DNA of 64,000 bases, from contig JBEKDT010000015.1 in the NCBI GenBank assembly GCA_050014195.1, positions 1-64,000 of the forward strand. Direction: 5' to 3'. Positions within the stretch are counted from its first letter, which is position 1. Each line of letters opens with the position of its first letter. The notes under the pieces are model-generated. The model did not search any database. It saw nothing but the letters and a program-made list of their open reading frames with translations, and was not told the DNA's origin. Origin of the DNA: Desulfomonilia bacterium (GTDB taxonomy: Bacteria > Desulfobacterota > Desulfomonilia > UBA1062). Both the position numbers and the translations under genes were made by a program. Positions 10,272 through 17,581 of this stretch are shown here, piece after piece.

Positions 10272-11336
10272 TTGAATCCGGAGGGAATAAACATCATCCT
10301 TCATATCGTCGGGGCGCGTCCCCAATTCATCAAGCTTGCACCCGTTGTGCAGGCGTTTCAGGATCTGAGCATACCATACAAGGTGCTGCATACAGGCCAG
10401 CATTACGACTACACCATGTCGGACCTTCATTTCGATTCGTTGGGCCTTAAGGCTCCAGACTATCACCTCGGGATAACCTCTGACAGCCATGCCCGCCAGA
10501 CAGCACTCATGCTTCAAGGTATAGAAGATGTGCTGATCAAGGAAACACCTAAGATGGTCCTTGTGTACGGAGACACGAACTCCACCCTTGCAGGCGCGCT
10601 GGCCGCAGTCAAGCTTGGGATCAAGGTAGGGCATGTGGAGGCAGGGGTCCGCAGCTATGACAGAAAGATGCCCGAAGAGATCAACCGGATCGTGGCCGAT
10701 CATGTGAGCAATCACCATTTCTGCCCCACACGAAACGCAGTGAATATCCTGAAAACAGAAGGAATAGAGGGCATCCTTACCGGGGATGTCATGTATGATG
10801 CACTCCTTCGTGTGCGGCAGGAAGACCTTAAGCACCCATATACCGGAGATTATGTGCTCGTTACCATCCACCGGGCTGAAAACACGGATAATCAAGAGAA
10901 GTTCCTTGCCATCTGGGAGGCCTTGAAACGTATCTCTAGGCGCATACCGGTGATCTTCCCCGTACATCCACGCACACGGAATAAGTTCGCCCATGTGCTT
11001 GCGGATACCGGATCACACGTTGACGTAATAGATCCGGTGAGCTACTTCACCATGCTCGCCATGATCAGGGATACACGATGCATGATCACCGACTCGGGCG
11101 GTGTCCAGAAGGAGGCCTTTCTCCTCGGTGCCCCGTGCGTGACCATTCGAGACACGACCGAATGGCCGGAGACGGTGCACTCGGGCGCCAACCGCCTGGT
11201 GGCAACCGATCCTGACACGATTGTAAATGCAGTATTGACTATGATGGATATGAAGGTCATAAATACGAACAATCCCTTTGGTGACGGACATGCAAGCCGG
11301 AAAATTGCAGAGTTCATCAAGGACCACTGCCCCTAA
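10272..11336 (+). CDS. wecB: UDP-N-acetylglucosamine 2-epimerase (non-hydrolysing)
   Basis: VGARPQFIK, HTGQHYD, GDTNST, HVEAG, PEEINR, TDSGGVQKEA, FGDG. Start codon uncertain. Confidence 0.93.
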   Translation: MNPEGINIILHIVGARPQFIKLAPVVQAFQDLSIPYKVLHTGQHYDYTMSDLHFDSLGLKAPDYHLGITSDSHARQTALMLQGIEDVLIKETPKMVLVYGDTNSTLAGALAAVKLGIKVGHVEAGVRSYDRKMPEEINRIVADHVSNHHFCPTRNAVNILKTEGIEGILTGDVMYDALLRVRQEDLKHPYTGDYVLVTIHRAENTDNQEKFLAIWEALKRISRRIPVIFPVHPRTRNKFAHVLADTGSHVDVIDPVSYFTMLAMIRDTRCMITDSGGVQKEAFLLGAPCVTIRDTTEWPETVHSGANRLVATDPDTIVNAVLTMMDMKVINTNNPFGDGHASRKIAEFIKDHCP

Positions 11337-11416
11337 AGGCCGGATCTAACACCTTCGATACAAGTCCTACGAAAAGATCCTCCTTATATTATGCCATGGA
11401 GTGAAAGGAGGATACC

Positions 11417-12361
11417 ATGATCAAATCCAAGAAAATTGTTGCCGACCCTCGGATTTTGTCGGCCCAGGCACAACGTGCCGCATCCGAAAAAGACATTGAT
11501 AAGGCCCTTTGTCTTTTTGATGCATGCATACAGGAATATCTTAAGAGGCAGAAGCCTTTCAAGGCCGTCGCGGTTTCCAAAAAAGCCAAAACGGTGCTCG
11601 GCCCCATCCCCAAGGTCAGTGCGCTTATCATCCGCATGTATACCTTGGTGGGTCTTCTTGGAGATGCGCATCAGGAATACGAATTCGCAGCTTCTTTACT
11701 GAAAAAAAACAATCTGGCCTTTTTTCAGGCCCTGGATGAAGAGGCCTTCATAGACCTGCTCGGGTTCATGGACCTCAAAACGTATCCGAAAGGCAGGGTT
11801 GTCTTGAAGCACCACGACGAAGGGGGTGACGTCTTCGTCGTACTATCCGGATCCTGTGAGGTCATGCGCGATGCACAAAGGCTCGGGGTCATGGTGGCGG
11901 GGGATCTGTTCGGGGAGATAGGTTTCTTCGCACAGACAGCCCGCAGCGCAACGGTGAAGACCCTGGAAAAGAGCATGCTCGTAAGGATTCCGTCAGATCC
12001 GCTCCACCGGCTCAAAGAACAACATTTATGCCTGCGGCAGATACTCGAGAGCATATACAGCGAGCGTATTCTAAAAAAGGTAACTGAAGACCTGGTATCG
12101 GATAAACCCCTCACACCCACTCCGGAAGTTATTACAACGATATACTATACAAAGGGACAGGACATACCCGTCAACCCTAAGGACAGCATGGCTATTATTA
12201 AACACGGGATTGTGGAGGTGGACTATGACGACATGTACCTCGTCAGGAAACAATATCTGAAGCCCGGCGCTGTCATCTCACACAAAAGGGCCCGCGCACG
12301 GGCCAGCACCGATGTGGTGATCCTTCTCACAAAGGCAATGCACAAGGCAAAGCAGGCATAA
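11417..12361 (+). CDS. Cyclic nucleotide-binding domain protein
   Basis: GDLFGEIGFFAQTARSATV phosphate-binding cassette; a degenerate second cNMP-like segment near the C-terminus. Confidence 0.85.
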   Translation: MIKSKKIVADPRILSAQAQRAASEKDIDKALCLFDACIQEYLKRQKPFKAVAVSKKAKTVLGPIPKVSALIIRMYTLVGLLGDAHQEYEFAASLLKKNNLAFFQALDEEAFIDLLGFMDLKTYPKGRVVLKHHDEGGDVFVVLSGSCEVMRDAQRLGVMVAGDLFGEIGFFAQTARSATVKTLEKSMLVRIPSDPLHRLKEQHLCLRQILESIYSERILKKVTEDLVSDKPLTPTPEVITTIYYTKGQDIPVNPKDSMAIIKHGIVEVDYDDMYLVRKQYLKPGAVISHKRARARASTDVVILLTKAMHKAKQA

Positions 12362-12426
12362 CAGCAGTAAGGGGATATCCAAATTTAGATCATATTTATA
12401 AAAGAAATTTGAGATTTCATATCTTC

Positions 12427-12609
12427 TTGTCCTTTCTTTTGGTGCCAAAAGAAAGGACCAAAGAAAAAGCACCCCGCGAACCCGCCCTTCGGGTGCGTTC
12501 GCTCGCTTGGAAAATTCAGGCAGCGGCTAACTCGCTTCGCTCGAACATGAGCCGCTTTTTCCCTGAATTTTCCTTCACTCGCTCACCGGGTTCAAGGGGA
12601 AAAGAAAAC
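12427..12609. repeat. Structured ~185 bp element, left copy (inverted relative to 15759-15958)
   Basis: Terminal palindrome GTCCTTTCTTTTGG-TG-CCAAAAGAAAGGAC, internal stem GGAAAATTCAGG/CCTGAATTTTCC; aligns along its length with the reverse complement of 15759-15958. Confidence 0.88.
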
Positions 12610-12619
12610 CCATACTCGT

Positions 12620-12647
12620 TGTCATTCCGAGCGACAGCGAGGAATCT
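12620..12647. repeat. GTCATTCC...GGAATCT short palindromic repeat (single copy in window)
   Basis: tgtcattccgagcgacagcgaggaatct, a widespread intergenic palindromic repeat type recognised from memory. Confidence 0.55.
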
Positions 12648-12786
12648 TTCTTTGACTGGAAAATTTTGAGAATAGAGAGTATTTATTCAGCAGTGGAATA
12701 GTCATGCAACCATGATCCCTCCAACACACCATACAGGAAACAACAGCACGCATGTGAACTGAATATCGGGATATATTGCAATCGTG

Positions 12787-12838
12787 CTTCGGATAACTAA
12801 TTATCTGAAGCAAAAGTGCAGTATAGTTATTGTTAGAC
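12787..12838 (+). other. Putative attI site (crossover G|TTAGAC at 12832)
   Basis: GTTAGAC is the exact complement of the R'' box (GTCTAAC) of the first attC; no attC precedes it, but a CTTCGGATAA-ctaa-TTATCTGAAG palindrome and an AT-rich spacer do. Confidence 0.65.
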
Positions 12839-12864
12839 GCCAAGTGATCTTATTAGGGGATGCA

Positions 12865-13449
12865 ATGACGGGTTCGGGTCAGTCGTGGAAAAACAATGAG
12901 CAACTGAATTGGGAGTATGGCGATCTGCGTCTGCGCGCTTTACGCTACGTCTACAGTGCTGGCGGTGGCATGCAAGCGATTAGCCTTCGGGGACATCTAC
13001 TCCTCGACATCGCAGTCACGCAACTGTTGCTTGCGAACGAGGCTTTCGATGTCGGAGAAGTGACACACATACCGTTCTGGCGAAAGGTCAAGACAGTTGC
13101 AGAATACGGTCTGATCTCCCCGGACATCAGATCCACCCTATCTGATATCGCCCGAATCCGGAATGCTCACGCCCATGAGTTGGAGACATACTCTACATTC
13201 CGGCAGGTGCATGCTCTCTGGGTGCGTGCACGGGAAGCCGGCATTGAACATCGGTTCAAATCGAATGATGAGGAGGTAGAAATGACTCGGCGTATCACAG
13301 CGATGGGAGAGTTGGCTGACCGCCTCTTCGACCCGGCGACCGAGATGGCGGAGCTATGCGTCGAGTTGTTTTCCCATATTGTGTTTTGGAATTACGGCTT
13401 CTTCGACCTCGTGGGTTTGGGAAGGACATTGGCTGATACTAAGTGGTGA
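12865..13449 (+). CDS. Cassette 1: HEPN-motif (MtlR/DUF4145-like) protein
   Basis: ATG after GGGGA inside the cassette; F..KV..A...GLI.......L..I.RIRNAHAH contains the HEPN Rx4H motif. Confidence 0.65.
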   Translation: MTGSGQSWKNNEQLNWEYGDLRLRALRYVYSAGGGMQAISLRGHLLLDIAVTQLLLANEAFDVGEVTHIPFWRKVKTVAEYGLISPDIRSTLSDIARIRNAHAHELETYSTFRQVHALWVRAREAGIEHRFKSNDEEVEMTRRITAMGELADRLFDPATEMAELCVELFSHIVFWNYGFFDLVGLGRTLADTKW

Positions 13450-13481
13450 TAGCAGCAGTTAGGAAGTGAGCGAGGAAAAGC

Positions 13482-13547
13482 GTCTAACCACAGCATGCAG
13501 ACGGACGCGGACTGCCGCCCGCGCCGCTGATGCTGGTCGTGTTGGAC
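13482..13547 (+). other. attC site 1
   Basis: GTCTAAC-cacagcatgcagacggacgcggactgccgcccgcgccgctgatgctggtcgt-GTTGGAC: R''/R' boxes and an imperfect inverted repeat. Confidence 0.88.
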
Positions 13548-13570
13548 CTCAGATGATTTGAGGAAGGCAA

Positions 13571-14647
13571 ATGCTAAAGATCGGCAAGACAGACACGTTT
13601 GAGAGAGAGTATATGTCCAGATTTCGCCTTATCGCTGGCAAGTTTGGCGAGTTTGTCAGTTATGAGCGCGACAGAGGTGCCAGAGATATCGGGCTTCACC
13701 TGACCAGGAGGACAACGGAAGGCGAGGAACGGTTGTCTTCCTCGCTCGTATGGTTTCAGATGAAGGGCCTTATGTCCGGTTCAGTCTCATCGGCTGAATT
13801 TAGAAAGTCCACAGACCTTAAGTTGTCTCTGCAGGTGCTTCATCTCAAGTATTGGTTTCTTCAACCGATGCCCACGTACCTAGTTGTCTACGTGGAGAGC
13901 GTGGATACGTTTCTGATACTGAATATTCAGGACTACATAGGCAAGAAATGGGGCAAGGACATACTGAAGCTCAGTCAGGAAACAGCCAATGTCGCTGTTC
14001 CGACCAATAGCACTTTGGATGAACAGGCCTTCAGGCTCATACTAACGGCAAATGACGTAAAGGAATGGCAGAAAGTGCTCGACGCTGATGATGACCGAAG
14101 CGTTCGACTCTGTAGGCGAGACTACAACCTTATCTGGCAAATAGGAACCGCTGAGGAACGTCGGGTCGAACATGTGATCCTGTTCTGGGACTGGCAGTCA
14201 AAGACACGAAGTCAGTTCTATATCAAGGAGAGAAAGCTCGGCGAAAAGGACTGGATTACACTCAGGGAGCACTGGCAATTCATGATGAATATCGGGCACC
14301 TTGAGGATGCGTATCCGTACTTGGAGCTATACTCCCTTGACGACCAGGAATCGTATGAAGATGATGACGAGAATGAAGACGAAGAAGACGACTTCTTGGC
14401 GGCCCTAGGGTTTGGCGACTACGTAAACTCGGACGAATTCAGATACAGGCTCTCCAATGGAGAGGTAGTCTGTGGAGCTGATCGTTGCGGAGAGCTTATA
14501 GAATATACCATTGGTGTGCGTCTTAACGAAATGGGCGTCGAAATGTTGGAGTGGGTGCGCACCCTTGAACAAGTAGGGCTTGTCCAAGTGCAGCCCGATA
14601 AGTCCGAATGGATCAGTGTGGCGCCGTGGCACCATAAATCTGTGTAA
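13571..14647 (+). CDS. Cassette 2: DUF4365-like PD-(D/E)xK nuclease-domain protein
   Basis: N-terminal RD.G.RDIGLHL...VWFQMKG...HLKYW...PTYLVVY pattern; GAGGAAGG RBS; acidic low-complexity stretch. Confidence 0.65.
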   Translation: MLKIGKTDTFEREYMSRFRLIAGKFGEFVSYERDRGARDIGLHLTRRTTEGEERLSSSLVWFQMKGLMSGSVSSAEFRKSTDLKLSLQVLHLKYWFLQPMPTYLVVYVESVDTFLILNIQDYIGKKWGKDILKLSQETANVAVPTNSTLDEQAFRLILTANDVKEWQKVLDADDDRSVRLCRRDYNLIWQIGTAEERRVEHVILFWDWQSKTRSQFYIKERKLGEKDWITLREHWQFMMNIGHLEDAYPYLELYSLDDQESYEDDDENEDEEDDFLAALGFGDYVNSDEFRYRLSNGEVVCGADRCGELIEYTIGVRLNEMGVEMLEWVRTLEQVGLVQVQPDKSEWISVAPWHHKSV

Positions 14648-14650
14648 AGG

Positions 14651-14721
14651 GTCCAACAAAGCACTGCAAATCGGACTGGCTCCAGCTTCGCTTCCGCCAG
14701 CCGGTGAGCGCCCCGTTAAGT
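14651..14721 (+). other. attC site 2
   Basis: GTCCAAC...gcactgcaaatcggactggctccagcttcgcttccgccagccggtgagcgcccc...GTTAAGT; GTCCAAC is the exact complement of GTTGGAC at this cassette's start. Confidence 0.88.
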
Positions 14722-14771
14722 TTTGGCTGAGGAACCGGCACACATATAAAATGAAGATAGGATAATTAATC

Positions 14772-15632
14772 ATGGAAGGGAAAATAGTAATAACAAATTA
14801 TCTTGGGGCATTTGTGATATTCCTTACTTGGTTTGTAACCGCTTATTTATCTGGATGGGTTTTTAATAAAGAAGGAGGCTACAATAAGGCTATTCTGATA
14901 GTTAATTTGGTTCTTCTGTTAGCTCTCTTCATTGGAGCAACAATAAACAGCTCAATAGGATTATCACAGAGCAGTGAACAGAAAGTAAATGATGAAAAAT
15001 TGGCTCCAACAAGAGAAATAGTAGTACGTAGTCTTGTTAGAGCATACTGCTCATCTTTTAATGCAGCTTATTGGATAATGGATTTCAATTATCAGCATAA
15101 TGATCTTCAAAATAAGGATAAGGTTAAAGGTAAATCAATTTTTCTAGAGAGACCTTTGAGAGACTTAATAAGTCTACAGAAGAGCATACAGATAAACAAT
15201 GCAGCCTTAGGTCCTGATTTAATGCCAAGCATATCAACTTTCGTATATTCCTCTGAAAATTTATTAAGGGAACTTCAGTATTATTTATTAATACATAGTG
15301 ATGAGTATGCAAAATGTGATTTTGTGACAGAGCCACCTTTCAATGAATTGAAGACAATGGAAAATATTGCGAATAGTCTAAGAAAAAATTATGGAAGGTT
15401 ATTTAAAGATAAAAAAGTATTTTACCCTACCCCCAAAACATATTTAGAAATTAAAAAGGCATGGGAAAAAGCAGCAGTAGAAACGGGCAGGTTATATTTT
15501 GATCTTGATAGCTATGAAACAAAAAAGGATAAAGTTTTATTCATTTATAATATTGATAACATGAGAGCAATACCCGGAGATAAATTGAAAGATGGGGTGA
15601 AAGCAATAGTTTATGATCCGAATCAGGGATAA
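14772..15632 (+). CDS. Cassette 3: hypothetical protein with two N-terminal TM helices
   Basis: 286-aa ORF, visibly much more AT-rich than the host, two hydrophobic N-terminal segments; no family recognised. Confidence 0.75.
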   Translation: MEGKIVITNYLGAFVIFLTWFVTAYLSGWVFNKEGGYNKAILIVNLVLLLALFIGATINSSIGLSQSSEQKVNDEKLAPTREIVVRSLVRAYCSSFNAAYWIMDFNYQHNDLQNKDKVKGKSIFLERPLRDLISLQKSIQINNAALGPDLMPSISTFVYSSENLLRELQYYLLIHSDEYAKCDFVTEPPFNELKTMENIANSLRKNYGRLFKDKKVFYPTPKTYLEIKKAWEKAAVETGRLYFDLDSYETKKDKVLFIYNIDNMRAIPGDKLKDGVKAIVYDPNQG

Positions 15633-15706
15633 AAATAACAGGGAGTGATAAAAAGGAATGGTCAAGCTGAATAACTGATTGTCTAAATGAAACCCAAGCA
15701 GATAAA

Positions 15707-15765
15707 GCCCAACCATCCACTTCAGCCGACCGGCTACGCCGCGCGGCTGAAGCGCAGCGTTTTGT
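15707..15765 (+). other. attC site 3 (terminal; R' degenerate GTTTTGT)
   Basis: GCCCAAC-catccacttcagccgaccggctacgccgcgcggctgaagcgcagc-GTT; stem cttcagccg/cggctgaag. Confidence 0.8.
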
Positions 15766-15958
15766 CTTTACTCCCCCTTGAACCCGGTGAGCGAGTGCAG
15801 GAAAATCCGGGGAAAAGCGTTTCCTGTTTGAGCGGAGTGAAACGGAGCGAGTTAAACGCGACCCGGATTTTCCCAGCGAGGGAACGCACCCTTTAGGGCG
15901 GGTTCAGGGGGTGCCTTTTCTTTGGTTACTTTCTTTTTGCACAAAAAGAAAGTAACAA
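15759..15958. repeat. Structured ~200 bp element, right copy (inverted relative to 12427-12609)
   Basis: ccccttgaacccggtgagcgagtg...GGAAAATCCGGG/CCCGGATTTTCC stem...terminal palindrome GTTACTTTCTTTTTG-CA-CAAAAAGAAAGTAAC. Confidence 0.88.
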
Positions 15959-16045
15959 TAAATATGTTATGTTACGCTAAAATTCCTATCCCGGCGAATG
16001 CATACGGTCGGGGGTGACACCTAGTTATGCAATTACCTCTCCCAG

Positions 16046-16777
16046 CTAAATGACCCCTGCGGCGCAGGCCATGACGATGCCGGCCGCCACGGCAACATTT
16101 AAGGATTCCGTCCTGCCCCTCATGGGGATGGCTACGGTATCATGCGCGATATCGAGGATTTCCCTGCTGATGCCGAAAGCCTCCTGGCCGAGGCATATGG
16201 CCACCTTCGGATCAAAGAGATTCGTTGAAAGCCTTTCCCGGCCCTGAGAAGTAAGGGCAAGGATTCGATGTGGAAGCCGCCTCAGGTCATCGGCAATGCA
16301 GCGGGCAATCCGGATGCCCAGGCATGAGCCCATGGAGGCCCGTACGGCCTTGGACGAGAAGGGGCTCGCCGTGCCCTCAATGACGATCATGCCGGTAAAC
16401 CCGAAGGCCTCGGCCGTCCGGACGATGGTGCCTACATTCCCGGGGTCCTGGAGCCCGTCGAGGATGACCACGTGGCCCTGTTCCATGATCTCTTCCATGC
16501 CTGCCCATGGGATGTCGAAGAATGCCAGGATGCCCTGGGGCGTCTCGGTTTCACTGATGCCGGCAAAGAGCTTGTCGGACATAACCACATCGGGGGATAA
16601 AGAAAGGCTGTGATCTTCGAGAAAACCTTGGGTGACAGCCATCATCCTCGGGGTAATGCCCCTCGAGACGGCATCTTCAAAAAGCCTCCTGCCCTCCAGC
16701 AGCATAACCCCCTTGTCCTTCTTCAGGTCGGAGAGCACCTTGTACGCGGGGTTATGTCTGCTGGTGAGCGTCTGCAT
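16046..16777 (-). CDS. TrmH/SpoU family RNA methyltransferase
   Basis: LQDPGNVGTIVRTAEAFG, GQEAFG, IPMRGRTESLNVAVAAG. Confidence 0.93.
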   Translation of the reverse strand: MQTLTSRHNPAYKVLSDLKKDKGVMLLEGRRLFEDAVSRGITPRMMAVTQGFLEDHSLSLSPDVVMSDKLFAGISETETPQGILAFFDIPWAGMEEIMEQGHVVILDGLQDPGNVGTIVRTAEAFGFTGMIVIEGTASPFSSKAVRASMGSCLGIRIARCIADDLRRLPHRILALTSQGRERLSTNLFDPKVAICLGQEAFGISREILDIAHDTVAIPMRGRTESLNVAVAAGIVMACAAGVI

Positions 16778-16789
16778 GCATTGCGGTAA

Positions 16790-17551
16790 TCAGGCGCTAT
16801 ACTTCTTTATCCACGTTGAGAGAAAGTCAATCGGTATGGGTAAGATCGTACTCGTTGAACCCTGTTCCGATGACATCTCGCGTACGGTCTGAAGATAGCG
16901 CAATTGCAGGGCAATAGGCTCCTTAGCCATAAGGGCTGCCGCATCCAAGAGCCTCTGGGCCGCCTGGAATTCGCCCTCGGCATTGATGACCTTGGCACGG
17001 CGCTCCCTTTCCGCCTCGGCCTGTCGTGCAATGGAGCGCTGCATCTCCTCGGGCAGGTCGATGTTCTTGAGCTCCACCGCGGAGACCTTGATACCCCAAG
17101 GTTCGGTATGCCGGTCAAGGATGGTCTGGATCTGGGCGCTCACATCTTCCCTCTTGGAGAGGAGCTCATCGAGCTCTGCCTGGCCGCATACGGACCGCAA
17201 CGTGGTCTGGCTGAGCTGGCTTGTGGCGTAGAGGTAGTTCTCCACGTCGATGACCGCCTTCAAGGGGTTGATCACCCGGAAATAGATGACGGCGCTCACC
17301 TTGACCGTGACATTATCCCTGGTGATGACGTCCTGCGGGGGGACATCCTGGACGATAGTCCTCAGACCGATGCGGATGTACCGGTCAATGAGCGGTATGA
17401 TAATGATGAGCCCCGGTCCTTTGGGCTGTCCGAGCACACGGCCCAGCCTGAATACCACGGCCCGCTCATATTCATTGAGGACCTTGATGGCGGAAAAGAG
17501 GAAGAAAACGAGAAGAACGACGATGGTGATGACGGCATACCCTGCTACCAT
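16790..17551 (-). CDS. SPFH/Band 7 (slipin/stomatin-like) protein
   Basis: [40 protein letters not shown]. Confidence 0.95.
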   Translation of the reverse strand: MVAGYAVITIVVLLVFFLFSAIKVLNEYERAVVFRLGRVLGQPKGPGLIIIIPLIDRYIRIGLRTIVQDVPPQDVITRDNVTVKVSAVIYFRVINPLKAVIDVENYLYATSQLSQTTLRSVCGQAELDELLSKREDVSAQIQTILDRHTEPWGIKVSAVELKNIDLPEEMQRSIARQAEAERERRAKVINAEGEFQAAQRLLDAAALMAKEPIALQLRYLQTVREMSSEQGSTSTILPIPIDFLSTWIKKYSA

Positions 17552-17581
17552 AGAACACCTCCTAAAGGGGTTCTGTCACGT

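Larger units (their letters stand above)
12427..15958 (+). mobile_element. Integron cassette array lacking intI (attI-like site + 3 attC cassettes) bracketed by inverted repeat elements
   Basis: Three co-oriented ORFs each followed by an RYYYAAC...GTT imperfect palindrome; cassette boundaries of 1 and 2 are exactly complementary; no tyrosine recombinase ORF in the window. Confidence 0.85.

Noticed and set aside
12409-12669. ORFs across the structured elements (also 15687-15896)
   Set aside because: They lie over palindromic repeats and attC3; differences between copies conserve base pairing, not codons.
12362-16045. Target-site duplication around the integron module
   Set aside because: No convincing direct repeat at the outer ends by eye, so classical DDE transposition is not supported.
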